From Tricharina praecox (lineage: Eukaryota), in NCBI RefSeq assembly GCF_024521635.1, contig NW_026250424.1:434001-498000 (forward strand): 64,000 nucleotides of DNA, given 5' to 3'. Positions 1-15,787 of the stretch are shown here, in pieces. The translations under genes were made by a program, and so were the position numbers. Under the pieces are notes generated by a model. That model did no database searches. It was not told the origin of the DNA and worked only from the letters and a program-made list of their open reading frames with translations. Numbering within the stretch: the stretch's first letter is position 1; every line of letters starts with the position of its first letter.

Positions 1-516
1 GAAGGTCGCTACAGCGTTCCGCGAGCTGCTAAGCAAATCCATCGAGGAAACTCTACCAAAAGAGGCCCACAGGAAGAATGATGAGATGGACGTGGATGGT
101 GGGGACGAGGCGAGAGAGTTTGCGCCCGTTGATGGAGAGCTGCGCGATGAGTTGGAGGAGGCGGGCGAGGAGGCGATGGAAGGCCTCAGGCTAAAGGAAC
201 TGCAGAGGGAGATGGTTAATGAGCTGGATCTGTCGAAGTGAGCTCTATCCCTCCCTCCCCAAGATCTTTGTTTGAATCCCTGGTTTGCTGACAAGATGAT
301 AGATATGAAATCCCCGCCGACAAAGGTGACTGGACAGAAGCCGAGAAGCAGATTCGGAAAGCGGCATCGTCGAAGTCGGAGGGACGGAGTACGATTGTTT
401 CGGTAAAGACGGGCAAGTCAGCTGCGAAACGGAAGGCTGGCGAGAGCGCGGCGGAGATCTATGAGGAGGAGGTGGAGAAGTTTAAGAACAAGAAGCCGAA
501 GAAGGGGAAGCGGTGA
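1..516 (+). CDS. KRE33: RNA cytidine acetyltransferase Kre33/NAT10, C-terminal part (gene starts upstream of the window)
   Basis: Frame 2 reads ...ELRDELEEAGEEAMEG...QREMVNELDLSK|YEIPADKGDWTEAEKQI...IVSVK...KRKAGESAAEIYEEE...KKGKR*, resembling the fungal Kre33 C-terminus. GT-AG intron ~238-302 with CTGAC branch point; stop TGA 514-516. Confidence 0.8.
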
Positions 517-770
517 TCTTGATTATAGAAGCATGACGAAAAGTTTGGGTTGGGATTTGCTTTTGCCTGCTCTCTTGTTTATATATCTTGTCCTTCGCCG
601 AAGGGATGTAATTACGTGATATCACGACTATTGCTAAGTGTGACCAGTTCTGTGATATGATGGTATGTATATGTGAAATATGTCTCTAAGCATCTACAAA
701 CAATGTGTACAGCGGATCAACATGCTCCGGTAAGGAAGAAAACTCCCAACTCCTTCAACTTCAGAAGCGT

Positions 771-2097
771 TTAGTACTCGATCGTCCTCTTGATTCCGTC
801 AAAGACCCCTGATACACAGTCATTAGCAACCATCCACTTCCGACGGTACGAGAGTACTGACTGGCAACGTCCGGAATTATCAGGTTCTCAAAAACCAACG
901 GCATGGGAACATCCCACCCCGTAACCCTCGTCACCGGTGCCTCCAGTCTCAGAAAACACCTCTCCTGAACTTCGGCACCGACACTCTCCCCAATCCCGCC
1001 CGTCCTCGAGGCCTCATGAACCACGACACACCTCCCCGTCTTATTCACACTCGCCACGACCGTCTCTTTATCCCACGGATGAACAGTCCTCAAATCGATC
1101 ACTTCCACATCCACCCCCAATTTCTCCTTCGCCGCTTTTGCCGCAGCCTCACACGTATACAGCATCGTCCCGTAACTGATCAGCGTCACATCCTTCCCCT
1201 CCTGCACCACCTGCGCTTTGCCAATGGGGAGTGTGTACTCCCCCACCGGCACCTCCTCCACCGCGCCACGATACAGAACCTTCGGCTCCATGAACACCAC
1301 CGGATCACCACACCTCGCCGCCGCGATGAGCAATCCCTTCGCCTGCGCTGGGCCACGGGGTATCACTACCTTAACCCCCTGCATTCCGAGGAAAAACCCC
1401 TCGGGGCTTTGGGAGTGGTATAATCCTCCGTGCCCGACCGCACCGCACGGCATGCGAATCACCAGATTCCCACTATTGAATCCCTTCGCGCCGCCGCTCC
1501 TGTACCGCCACTTACTCGCCTCGTTATGCAGCTGATCGAACGCGGGGAACAGATAGTCCGCGAACTGGATCTCTGGCAGCGCGGTGTACCCGGACGCGGA
1601 GAGGCCAATCGCAAAGCCCATTATTCCCTGCTCCGTCAGCGGCGTGTTGAAGACTCGCTGCGAGCCGAAGCGGTCGAGCAGTGTGGTCGTGCACCGGAAC
1701 ACGCCGCCGAAGGATACGTCTTCGCCGAAGATTAGCGATTTCGAGTCCGTTTCGAGGATCGTGGATAGGGCGTCGTTGATCGCGCTGTAGAGGTTCATCC
1801 GCTTGGTTTTCGTCGATTTGACGGCCGAGGAGAGCTCCGGCGATGAGAGGCATTGTTGAGGTGTGTGAGACAGGCTGTGAATGGCATGGGTCAATCATCC
1901 AATCGAGACGGTGTTAGGAACACTTACTAGCTGGAGGCATTGAACTCGATGGGATGGTTGAGCTTTCGCTTTCCGGCAGAGAGGGCGGAGGAGCTATAGC
2001 TGTTGCTTGAGGTGGATGCAAGTATCTTTGTAGCTCTCGCTAGAGGGAAGGACTGTCGTAGAACGCTCAACGAGCGGATGGATCGTATGGAATTCAT
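771..2097 (-). CDS. Branched-chain 2-oxoacid dehydrogenase E1 beta subunit, mitochondrial
   Basis: Motifs [54 protein letters not shown]. Arg/Ser-rich presequence from ATG 2097. Introns ~1875-1927 and ~812-862; last exon [12 protein letters not shown]. Confidence 0.95.
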
Positions 2098-2463
2098 TGT
2101 TTGAAGCCAAAAATGGTGCTCTACAGGTCGAAGGAAAAGAAGGGGCAATAGTAAGAAGAGCGGCGTGCTCTGCTCCAGGTGTTCAGGTGATGGGGTATCG
2201 TGGTCGCATACCCGCGCTTTGTATCGGCCGGCGGTTAGCTATGTGGAGTATCTCCCTAGGTACTTTACGGGGTACAAGTGTGGAGTAGCACCCATTGACC
2301 TTCTGGGGAAGCTGGGCAAGAGCGTGACCTGTCACGGCTGAGCGAGACGGGGGTGCTACGTGCTAGTGTATCTACGCCTGTGTCACCATCAAGCCTCCCC
2401 CACATTGGAGAATTAACTGATTCCATCATCACCATCGTCACCCAACTCAGCAATTCGCATGGA

Positions 2464-4093
2464 ATGGACACCCCTTTAGCAACCTCGCTCTTCCGCCAAC
2501 TTTTCCGGCATCGACCGTGCGTCCGGAACGCGAGACTGCTCCCCCGCACCCCAATAACCCCCCGGCGGCAGCAGCAATGCCGGACCATCTTTGCCGAGCG
2601 CGACGACGCAAAGGCCGCTGCCTCCGCCGGCGAATGGCAGCCGAAATCACCGTTCCTGCAGATTGACATGTCCGAGGAGTTTAAGCGGTATCCTATGGTG
2701 ACCGCCGCGCAGCTAGCGAATCGGAAGGAACGGCCGAGAAGAGTCAAGATGTTGGTGCGGGACTATATCGATGGTTGCCTGCCCCTCCTATCCTTCCTTC
2801 CTCCAACCCTCGCGCGGTAGCTGATAGGAGTGCGCGCGTGAGGAATATGTAGATGCGTTATACAATCCCCATTACGGCTACTTCTCGAAGCACGCGGTGA
2901 TCTTCGAGACGAAGGAGCCGTTCAACTTCCCCGCGATGAAAGACGAGATCGAGTTCCACCAGCAGCTGGCGGAGGAGTACACACAATTCGAAGATAAACT
3001 GGATGCCGAGGCACCGAATCCCCTACGGCAGCTGTGGCATACACCTACGGAGCTGTTTAAGCCCTACTACGGCGAGGCCATCGCGCGGTACCTCGTCACC
3101 AACTACAAACTGTCCCTATACCCGTACCGAGACCTGATCATCTATGAGATGGGAGCTGGAAACGGAACAATGATGTCCAACGTGCTCGACTACATCCGTG
3201 AAAGCGATCCAGAGGTGTACGCGCGCACCCGCTACAAGGTGATCGAGATCTCAGAGCACCTCGCAGGGCTGCAGCGGAAACAGGCGGACGCACAGGGACA
3301 CGCAGACAAGATCGAGATTGTGAACAAGAGTGTCTTCGACTGGGACACATACGTCCCTGATCCGTGCTTCTTTCTTGCCCTCGAAGTCTTTGATAACTTC
3401 GCCCACGACATGATCCGGTACCATCCCGAGACCGAGGTGCCGTACCAGGGAATAGTCCTCTGCGATCAAGACGGAGATTTCCACGACTTCTACACGCCGC
3501 ACCTTGACCCAGTCGCGGAGCGCTTCCTGCGCGTTAGGGATCATGTTGTCCAGGGCGACTACCAACACCCCCTCAACACCCCCAAGATCGTGCGGAGGCT
3601 CAAGCAGCTTCTCCCGTCATCTTCAAACCTCACTGTGCCAGAATACATCCCAACGAAGGCAATGATGTTCTTCGATGTCCTCCGCGAGCGCTTCCCAGCC
3701 CACCGCCTAGTCATGAGTGACTTCTCCAGTCTCCCCGACGCTGTCAGCGGGGTAAACAGCCCTGTGGTCCAGACTCGGTATGAGCGGGAGACTATCGCTG
3801 TCACCACGCCCTTCGTAAGTTCCCCCACTCCCGCCCTCCCTCCCGCCACGCATCCGCTAACTAACCACTCTCCGCACACTCAGGTCCAGCAAGGCTACTT
3901 CGATATCCTCTTCCCGACGGATTTCGACGTAATGGATGATATGTACAAGGCACTCACGGGGAAGCTGACGAGGGTCATGAAGCATGAGGACTTTATGAGT
4001 CGCTGGGCCTACCTCGAGGAGACGCAGACGAATTGTGGAGAGAATCCGCTGCTAGGGTGGTATAAAAACGTGAGCATGTTGAGTTCTGTATAA
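2464..4093 (+). CDS. NDUFAF7/MidA-family (DUF185) SAM-dependent methyltransferase, mitochondrial
   Basis: KMLVRDYID|DALYNPHYGYFSK, WHTPTELFKPYYGEAIA, IYEMGAGNGT, LALEVFDNFAHD. Introns ~2773-2852 and ~3815-3883; Arg-rich N-terminus. Confidence 0.88.
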
Positions 4094-4335
4094 AACCTGC
4101 GGTGGGCAGTGGACGAGGATGTATCATAGACTGAGAATGGGTGTTGTGTGGGTGAAAGAGAGGGGATGCAGATGCACACTGAGAGTATCTATGTAGCAAA
4201 TGCGAGATGTACTGGACTTCACCGTCCTATGTACCATTAACATCAGACATGATTGACGCCATAAGAAGTGGCCCGACCCCACTACTGGCTGTGGGACTTT
4301 ATTGATTCTGTGCGACAATATTCTGCTTTGCGGCC

Positions 4336-4536
4336 TGCGCGAAATGCTCAAACTGCGCAAACTGCGCAAACTGCGCAAACTGCGCAAACTGCGCAAACTA
4401 CACGAATTACACGAACTGCGCGACGTGCGGAACTTGCGTAAAATTCTATAAATCTGCTTCGCGAACTGCGCGAAGTGCGCGACCCGCTCAACGTGCGCAA
4501 ACTGCGCGGCGTGCGCGATCTGCGCAAACTGCGTGG
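4336..4536. repeat. 9-bp minisatellite (TGCGCAAAC)n with degenerate copies
   Basis: About five perfect units at ~4350-4398, then diverged units up to ~4536. Confidence 0.85.
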
Positions 4537-5096
4537 ATTACAGAGTCAGGACCCGTCACTCGGTCACGGCGAATACCCGCACGTTGATATGATGCGTTTT
4601 ATTGCCTGTTCCGGTGTCACTGCTACTTTTCTATGCCCTTTGTCCCTTTTGCATCGCCGCATACAGCCTTCATGGTCTGGATGGCTTCGTGGCTTGTTAG
4701 GATTGTCCCTGGCTTCTCACCAGAATAAGCCTCTAGCCCGAGTCCGGCGACGGCTACTATGTATCGCCGCATCCTCTGTCTACGGCTTCAGCTTGTGTAA
4801 ACAACGAGCTCGTTTCTCTTATAAGCAGTCTCCTTTCTCATCTTTCTCGTAGCATTACATCAATCAATTCAAGTTCTTTTCTCAGTTTCAATACAGCAGA
4901 GCTAAAGCAAGGCGTTTGAAATCCGGCCGGCAGCGTGCAACCGGGGGTCTAGACATCGGAACGAGCACACAGTTCACAAGCATCCATCCTCGGGGAACGG
5001 GAATGGTTTGTCTCCCTCCGAGCACTTCTTTCGTGAGGTACCGGTACATGCAGTCTATTAAAGATTCCCAAACGCCTGTAATACCAGCCAAACTCC

Positions 5097-7162
5097 CTAC
5101 GCCGCAGCAGCCAACTTCTCCGCCTCATCCAACGCACTCTCGTACTTCACGAGCGCCTTCTCAATTGCAACCAGCGTGGGCGCCAGCATCTCATCAACGA
5201 CCTTCCTGCCACCGCCAACCTCCATATCCTTCTTCTTCGGCTTTATACCAGTCTTTTTGTACTCCTCGTGCAGATCCCTCTTGCGTTTCACCCTCTCGAC
5301 CTCCTTCTGCTCCTCTGCAGTAATCGCCACAGCCTCAATTCTGTCTTTCGACTTGCGCAGACTGGAGACCATGCTGTTAATGTCTTTTGCGCGCTTCTCG
5401 TCGCCGGAGAGGAAGGCGAGCCAGAAGTGGTGGAGAAACTCGTTTGTGGTTGCGTGCACGGACTGGACGGACTCGAAGACTTCACGCGGCAGGCCGCCGG
5501 TGGTAGCGAATAGCGAGCTTGCGGTGCCGGCGGCCCCAACAGAGATCATCTGGGATGTGCGGTCCCGCACCGCCTCGGTCACCTGTTTTGTGGCGAGGTG
5601 GAAGCTGGTCTTCCGCGCCGTGGCTGTACCGTCCATGTCCTCCATGTCCTCGTCCTCCTCGTTCGGGAGGATGTCAGATATGTCGAAGTGGTTGGTTCCC
5701 AGGTCCCGGATCATGCCTTCCAACGCCACGGTGGCATCCATTCCTGCAAACTTGTTTTGGCCTTTACCCCCGTCATCTTGCTCGTTCGAGAAGAAGTTGC
5801 GTTGGTCTTGGATGTTCAGTATGATTCGTTCTTCTTCCATGTCCCCGCCGAGGTCGGCAAGCCTCTGCTCTTGGATATAGTGCTCATCCTGGTCTTCGTC
5901 TCTGTTTGGGTCTGCTCTGTTTTGAGGTTAGTAGGGTTAGTCATGGGCACGCGGCACGAGATACGTACGGGGCTACGAGGTCAACGAGTTTGTGGCTCAG
6001 ACTATTTAGGGTGCGTATAATAGGAGTGTTCTCCACTCGTGATGGCCGCATGGTCATGTCCGGAGCATTTCCCCTTCCCTACGTTTGTTAGCGTATGTTC
6101 ATGACTTATCCCTCGAGTCCAACAAACCTTGGTGATATTCTGTTCATTTCCTGCCAGATCGATGGTGAGTGGAACATAATCGATCCTTCTCCGCTTCCTG
6201 GAGTTATCTATTCATGTTTAACCATCCCATTCCATGTACCGTGAGCACCATAGCAGTTACCTTCATCGTCTCGATTAAGATATCGATCGAACAGCGTATC
6301 CGTCGGATCCGTCTGCAGCAGCTTATCACCCTTCAACTTTTTGAACAATCGACTCAGAAAGAACCTGCTCCAGAACTGGTCTTCCGACACTCTTGGGACA
6401 TTCTCATCGTACACAATTTTAACCAGCGGATGCTGCGAGAAAATATCCGCAATCTGTTCCCTCGAGAGCGAAATTCTAGCCACGCCATCCACCGTAGTGC
6501 TCCTAACAGCCGCCAGAACATTGTACGGCCCACGGATCTGGGACTTCTCGAGTGCGTGCGCGCGCAACAGATGTATCCGCGTGGACCAGAACTGCTCGCT
6601 CGTGACCGACCCGGACATGACCGCCTCCTTGAAAGTATTGCTCAGGGCGGAGTCAGATTTCAGCAGCGACATCTGCAGCGCCATGTCTTCCGCCAGGCGT
6701 GCCTCGCTCCACAGATCACTGCCGCCCGTTGTGGTTCCCGCGGTAGTCAATGCCATCATCGCGGACGACGCCCCGCCGGAGCCCAACGGTGTCTGCGCGC
6801 CGACCTTGTGCGCCTGGATCGCGGCGCCGAGGGCGTCCTTCATCGCGTCGGCTTCTGCGCGCGCGGTCGCGGCCGTAAAGCCGAATACGTAGGACTCGCC
6901 GCCTTCGCCCTTGGTGAAGATTTTGATCATCACTTTGGCGGAGGTGGCGGGCGTCGCTTGGAGATCTGCGCGGGATCAGTACTGCGCTCCATAGCTGGCT
7001 AGGGAGGTTCCAAAAAAAAGTACTCTCGATGTTGCCCACCTGGATCGTGACTGTGGGCGGCGAGTTCGCGGGCACGGAGGGGCTCCATGTTACGATGTCG
7101 CGGTTGAGCTGGAGGACCCCATCTTTCTTCTTGAAGGTTGTGGCGCCCTTGACGGTAGACAT
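5097..7162 (-). CDS. TFB1: TFIIH subunit Tfb1/p62
   Basis: N-terminal PH-like domain (FKKKDGVLQL...NLQATP), BSD domains (EQFWSTRIHLLRAHA, IFSQHPLVK..YDENVP...FWSRFF), C-terminal EFLHHFWLAFLSGD. Several GT-AG introns. Confidence 0.93.
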
Positions 7163-7547
7163 TCTAGAACGGGTGCGTGGGAAGTATGATTATTGACTGA
7201 GGTGGATGCTGGGAGCAATGCAACAGCTTCAGTAGATAGCTCACGGCTGCAGGGTAAACGAATACTACTAAATTTGGTGTGTACTCCGAGGGTAACCATG
7301 ACGGACTTGACCCGAAATGGGGAATTATCACGCGCTAAAGAAATCAACAACTGACAGCTTGCTGGAGCTTCCAGGATGAGTTTAAAGTTGGGTAATGTCA
7401 AATATAAAGAGTTCTAGACGACGGCAAGTTACTTCAAGGCAACATTTTATGGTGAGCCTCCAAACACAACCTACCTCGGCCTCACAAATCACCCGAAACT
7501 CAAGAACGGGCTTCAAATACAAACCACCAAATCAAAGGGCCGCGCAT

Positions 7548-8207
7548 TCAATCCTGCTCAATTTTCGGCCACAGGAAAGTCTTCCCTGACTCGGCATCAC
7601 CCTGTACCTCCGCCACAAACTCCCCCGGTTCAGTAGGCGCATCTACCGGATTTCCGAACACATCCCAATCATGTTTCGCGGCCCACAGCGCGGCCTCGAG
7701 GCGGTTCTTCCTCACGTCTTCGCGGGAGACGCGAGCTGGCTGGGGAATCTCCGACGGATCGACATCTGCGTCGTCGCGCTTCCTCTTGCGTTTTTTGGCG
7801 GCGAGCTCGTCTTCACGGCGTTTCTGTTCTGCGGACGTTAGGCTGTCTGCTGTCCGTTCAAGGTACTGAGCGAGGGACGGGGAAGTACTGACTCAAGAGC
7901 TGCTGGATCTCCGAGAAGCGGAACATGGCGACTTGCGCGTCCGTTAGCGTGCGCTTCACTCCGTCTGGATAGTAGACCAAGTCATCTTGTTCCTCCTGCT
8001 CCTCGAAGACCTCCTCCACATCACCGCTGTCGGCATCGCAGAGCGGCGAGCAGGTCGAGAAGTCGGCGCTTTGGCAGAGGTGGCTGTGGTGGAACGCGGC
8101 TAAGTCATGCTATCGCTTATCAGCAGCCGACCGAGGTCAATGGATGAAGAAGAGAGGGGGGCTTGGATGCTCACAATTGTCACAGTCGGGATCTGGAGTG
8201 CTTGCAT
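7548..8207 (-). CDS. DUF3807-family hypothetical protein
   Basis: Spliced product MQALQIPTVTI|DDLAAFHHSH...YYPDGVKRTLTDAQVAMFRFSEIQQLL|...KTFLWPKIEQD*. The YYPDGVKRTLTD motif is typical of DUF3807. Not recovered intact by the ORF track. Confidence 0.75.
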
Positions 8208-10816
8208 GGTTGGTTGTGCCGGGAGTGTAATCAGACGCGCCAGAGGTCTTAAGGCGCGGTAGCAACCTGCCAAGACGCTAGCGGTCGGAGAATCATGGCG
8301 AAGCACTCGACGATGAAATCTGGAGATAAAATTGCTTGTCATGTCACTCTGTCTACACAGCGGCGCCGCAGCGGACTGTATGGTACATAGTGGACCCTCT
8401 GTAGAGTGGGCAGGAAAGGCTTGGTTAAGTTGGTTCGTCATAGGTAGTCTAGAAATGCTGTATGCGAATAAATTGATGATCTCTCGCTCATAACACCTTG
8501 TCGGTTTTGTACACTATCGAACCTGCATGTGCAAATTGTTCGGAGACAGGCTAATATCACACTTGCAACGAACACCAAACTATTCCCACCTGAAGTTAAT
8601 GCGATCCAGATACATACTTCAGGCACTTCGTGGGTGTTATGCGACGATAAATTGACGTTCTCTCACTCTCTAACTTTCTGGGTGCTCCGGAGCCATGTGT
8701 CACGGAGTGAGGGGAACTCATGCACCTCCGGGTATTTTCTTCTTGCCTAAAGTACCGGGACTTTGTCGAGAAGTTGAATAACTGAATGGAAAATGGCAGA
8801 AGCCCTGACCACGGTTTTGGGCAGGTTTGGGCGGCTGAAGCGGCGAGAGCCCGAGTATCACGTTGCAAGAGGAGTGGAGATGGTGACGAGGTGACGATGT
8901 GCGGGCCCGGGTGTAGCGGCGAGCCCGTGGGCTGGTTGTCCCTGTCTACCCCCGCCGGATTATGTGTCCCTTGGAAAAGGTGAGTACATAATCCTACGTA
9001 ATGCTTGCTAGGGACTTCGAGGCTATTCTGACCGTGTTAGCACCAGAAGAACTCGAACTTCAAATCCTTCCAGAAGATAGTGCAAGCCAGGATACATGAT
9101 ATGCATGTTACATGGTCGGCGTATATGCAGGACACGACGCTGGGTATACCTTTATGACCCGGAAACACAGTCGGACTGCACTGCGGTGATATATATCGCT
9201 GCAGCGATGCCGTGCAATATTGGAGCTCTGCAAGAAGGAACCTTCACATACACATGTCTTAACGGCGCGGGTAGCCGCTGCCAGCCGTCGTCGGGTGAGA
9301 CATATTCTGGTATCGGGGGAGGGAGGAGAAGGAGGAGGAGGGAAGAAGGGTTTTCATCCATCGGGGCGGGGGTTGGGTAAGCACTTTCGCTTCGTTTTAA
9401 TTTTGTTGGGCGGGCGGAAGAAGCCCGGGAAAATCGGCGGCACTGGCTTCAGGGCTGGCGTGTCCAGGCCATCGGCGCGGAGATGTGGGCGCGCGGAGAT
9501 GTCGGCGCGGAGATACCGTCCATGTCGTAGCCATCCGACGACGATGTGAAATCGGGCAGAGCGGCCGCGGGTAGCGTGAGAGGCCTACTGCAAAGCTCGC
9601 CAGTGCAATGTGCCGAACTGGTCGGACAGCGTGCGTGGGCATGCCAAAACGCGTTGCATGATTTCACCGAACCATGCAGAATTTCAGCCTGGATCGTAAG
9701 AGGGAGGACAAGGGGAAGACCAACAGGTTTTGTGATGCGTGAGACATCGTGATACTCCACAGCGTTACGTTTGGCTATTAGCAGTCGCTGCCGGAATTCG
9801 GAACGAAAAATGAGGCGCTTCCGCTTCTATTCCCCCCTCTTATTGGGCTCGATACCCGCTCAGTTGTGGGGGTAGAAGCATTGCAGTCGACTCGGTGGTG
9901 GTGGTGGTGTTGATAGGTAGATACTCGGAATCGAGCTTCGTATTCATCAGTCGTCTACTACGGCGTTGAACAACGTTCCACAGCCATCGTGAAGATTGTC
10001 TCGACGGAAAGGTCACGACTGCCTAATCCATCTGGCTGTTTCCATTACGTGCGGAAATTCCTCGAGCTCGTGTTCTTGTAAATCGGTAGAGTCGCAGATT
10101 CCTGATCTCACGGAGTACGGCCATGGATGGTGGGGTTACGGCCAACGTCCGCATGTTCCACCACCACCAGCACCACCACCACCACCAGCAACACCAACAC
10201 CACAACAATCGCATACCGCCCTCCCTCCCTCACTCCCTCCTAGACCACCTACTCCAGCTATTGCAAAGTTGTTGGAGGAGGCCTGATGGAGTTACAGGAT
10301 AGAATAGATAATATTCATTCCGCTCCAAATTCGCTGCCGTTGAGGAGTTGGCTGGATGGCCATTGCTGGACTCGCCGGGATGCCGGTGCGCGACATCGGT
10401 CGACGATCGGAGTTCAGGCGGGTGGGCTTCTCGATTTATAAACAGAAAGGTCCAAGATGCAGCGCCGCGCCAAGTGCTTGAAACGCTGCTTGAATTCGTC
10501 AGGCTGATGAGCAACACGGAGTGGCCCTTTCTACGTTCCATTTAGCTTCTTGAGCCCCCCTCCCTCCGCAAAAGAAGTAGAAGAAACCCGCTCGCTCTGT
10601 CTTACCCCTCCTCCCCCTCCCCCTCCGCCTCTCCTCCCAACTCTGACGGCATCCACTTAACAACAAACCTTCCCTTAAGTTCCCAGAGTCTCTTTTCTTC
10701 TGCCACCCCCCGCCACCACCCACCTTAACTACCCGCTAAACAAATACAACGGAGGAACCTCCCCATTTAACACTACACCATAAAACAGAAGAGAAACGAC
10801 GAGACAGCGACCCAAG

Positions 10817-12942
<2,126 letters not shown>

Positions 12943-13576
12943 AAAATCAGCATAGCACAAGGCGCACACGGGTTTCGGTAGGGGCCAGTTAGAAGCCTCT
13001 GTTTTTTGTTTTCCTTCGTAATGTGAACTTTATTTCTCTGTGGCCCTTTTTAGTTTGCTCTTTTTCGTTTTCAATTCTTTTTTTATCGTAACGGTTGGCT
13101 GGAATCTGGAATCTTTCGTCTTCTTTGCAAGTGGTTTTTATTTTATTCGATGTTGATGTCTACTCTGTCTGCTCCGCGTCGCTCGTAAAAAAAATATTGG
13201 ATGGAATGGGACGAATGAGCGGTGGTGCGGATTGATTGCACGATCCTGCGTTCTCTGTGAAGCAGAGTATGCTGGTTGAGTGACAAAATGGGTTCGCGGT
13301 TTCGCCCACGTTGCCGGCGAGCTAAGCCCTACTGCAACGGACGGGCGGACAAGCAAACAGGCTTCCACTAGTCTTTGGTAACCTGCCGGCGGGTCCAGTG
13401 TGGGGTACATCTCACCAGGGACCAGGCACCAGACCGCAGACGCCTCATTGATCGGCGGAACATTCGTGGAAGAAAAAGTCGAACCAGTTCCCTAGATACA
13501 GCCATATTTTCCCCCCATATCCGCACTTCCGCTCGTCCACCCATCCACCCTGGCAAGCCATTCCCCCCAACGGTAT

Positions 13577-14294
13577 CTAATGGCAAGCAACACTCTTCTC
13601 GACACTCGCCTCGGCGCCCCAGACGAGGTATCCCAGCACCGCTCCGACCGCCACGCTGATCATCACCCAGCCATTGTACGTCATGAACAGCAGCATGATG
13701 AAGAAGGAATAGAACACCTGGGCGCCGTAGAACAGCGCCTTCGTTACGTGTCCGCGCGGGTTCCCGCGGCGCGTGGTGGTGGTGGCAGCGGTCGAGACTG
13801 TGGACGCGGGGAGCAGCGGTGAGCTTTCATCTCCGGCAACTGGGGAGGGCGACGGCGGGGGATTAGAAGGGGGTTGCGATATTCCTCCTCCTCCTTCCTT
13901 CTTCCCGGGAACTGCCTCACGGCAGAGGGGGGGCAGGGAGAGTGCTTACTGGATAATCCCGCGCACCGCGCTTCGTACCGTCGGCTGGCGAGGCGCAGGT
14001 ACTCGTAGCCCATGCCGAGCGCGACTACGGCGAGGAGCGAGAGGACGAGCGACAGCGGCCCGGAGACGTGCCACCACCGGAAGACCAGGCACAGGTCTTG
14101 CGTGTTCCATGTGAACAGCCTGGTTTTGCGGACACGTCAGCGAGGGAAGGGGAAGGGGGGAGCTGGGGAGCGGGGGAGCTGGAGGGAGAGACGCACATGG
14201 ACATCTGGCAGCGGTGTCCAGTGTTGGGCATGGACATCATTTCGTCGTCCATTCCTGCGGCGCTGGCGGCGTGGTGGTGTTGGGAGTGGTCCAT
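13577..14294 (-). CDS. CTR2: Ctr-family copper transporter, Ctr2-like
   Basis: His/Met-rich N-terminus, CQMSMLFTWNTQDLCLVFRWWH, MLLFMTYNGW (MxxxM motif), C-terminal ACH*. Two introns. Confidence 0.9.
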
Positions 14295-14811
14295 TTCTGT
14301 CGTCTGTCGTCTGTCGTTTTGCGTGCGGTCGAAGGCGAGTTGGGATACGGACCTCTTAACTATCCCCAGGATAAGGCGACGCGCGGTGGCATCTTATCGC
14401 TGACGCCCGGACCCCAAGTACCGGTAGGGGAAGACGACCGGGTAAAAAGTGAGGCAGATAGAGCACATTCTACTCTAGTTGGTTGGTTTGTTTTGCGGGG
14501 GTTTTGGGTGGTGATGGGGGGTAAGCTTGGGGTAGGGTGGGGGAATTGGTGGTACGACATGACAGCGAGGTGTGGGATTGTGCAGACGACACGAGGCGGG
14601 TGAGACGCTGCATTCGGGATGACGGCTGCAATCGGCGTAGGGTGATCAGTGCAGCAGTTTTGGGATATGATGGCATGGCCGAGGTTGATGAGCAATGAGC
14701 ATTCCGATTCTATGCAAAGCTGTGGGACAACTCCCTTTTTAGTTCCAGTCCAGCTCTCTTCCCAGACCCCGCCCCGCCCCCATAACTACCCCACACCCGC
14801 TCAGAGACAAG

Positions 14812-15498
14812 ATGCTGCTTTCGAAACCCCTCAACATCCCCGCCTGGTAACATTGCCCCGTCCCCGTCCCCTCCCTCTTGTTTCCACCACCTACCACTGA
14901 CTCCACCGTGCAGGTTGGAGAAGAACTCCCACCTCCTCCAGCCACCGATCAACAACTACTGCGTCTACGATGAACACATGACGGTGATGATCGTTGGCGG
15001 ACCGAACGCACGCAACGACTACCACATCAATGAGACGCCCGAGTGGTTCTACCAATACAAGGGGTCGATGCTTCTCAAAGTCGTTGACGACGGCGAGTTT
15101 AAGGATCTGTGGATCAACGAGGGGGAGATGTTTTTACTTCCACGTACGACACCGTCCTCCTGCTCCTCCTCCTGCTGCTCCTCGTCCCGCTCCCGCATGG
15201 TACTATTTATGTGCCGGTGCTGACACCGGGAAAAGCGAATACTCCGCACAACCCGGTCCGCTTCGCAGACACGGTCGGAATCGTCATCGAGCAGCCGCGG
15301 CCGGAGGGCAGCCTTGACCGCCTACGCTGGTACTGCCAAGGGTGCAAGAAGATTGTGCACGAGGCGGCGTTCCACTGCACGGATCTTGGTACGCAGATCA
15401 AAGATGCGGTCAACGCGTTCAAGGAGGACGAGGAGGTGCGAATGTGCAAGAATTGTGGGGAGGTGGCTGCCGCGGCGCCGCCGGCGGAGAAGAAGTAG
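14812..15498 (+). CDS. BNA1: 3-hydroxyanthranilate 3,4-dioxygenase (kynurenine/NAD pathway)
   Basis: [62 protein letters not shown]...CTDLGTQIK...CKNCG. Two introns. Confidence 0.96.
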
Positions 15499-15787
15499 AT
15501 TTTAGATACTTTGTGGGGTTTCGTCGGTGATGTCACCGAAGTGCGACGCTGGACTGAACTGAATGTAACTGCACTGGCAACTGGCAACCCCGCGGTCGCT
15601 AAGATTGGTGGGGGAATGTTCCCAATCACGCTAAAAAAATGAATGAGCGTCGTGCATCCATCAGTTCCAGTTTTAAAGCCAAATTCAGTTCCCCGCCGGG
15701 ACACCGAATACTGTTCAATTCCAGCTTCCGGAAAATCTTATACTCAGCCATAAGTCCAAATAATAGGTAGGCTTCACCAGAACTTTA

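Noticed and set aside
13577..15498. CTR2-BNA1 divergent pair as a metal-related cluster
   Set aside because: Copper transport and an iron-dependent NAD-pathway enzyme have no clear shared pathway; adjacency alone is insufficient.
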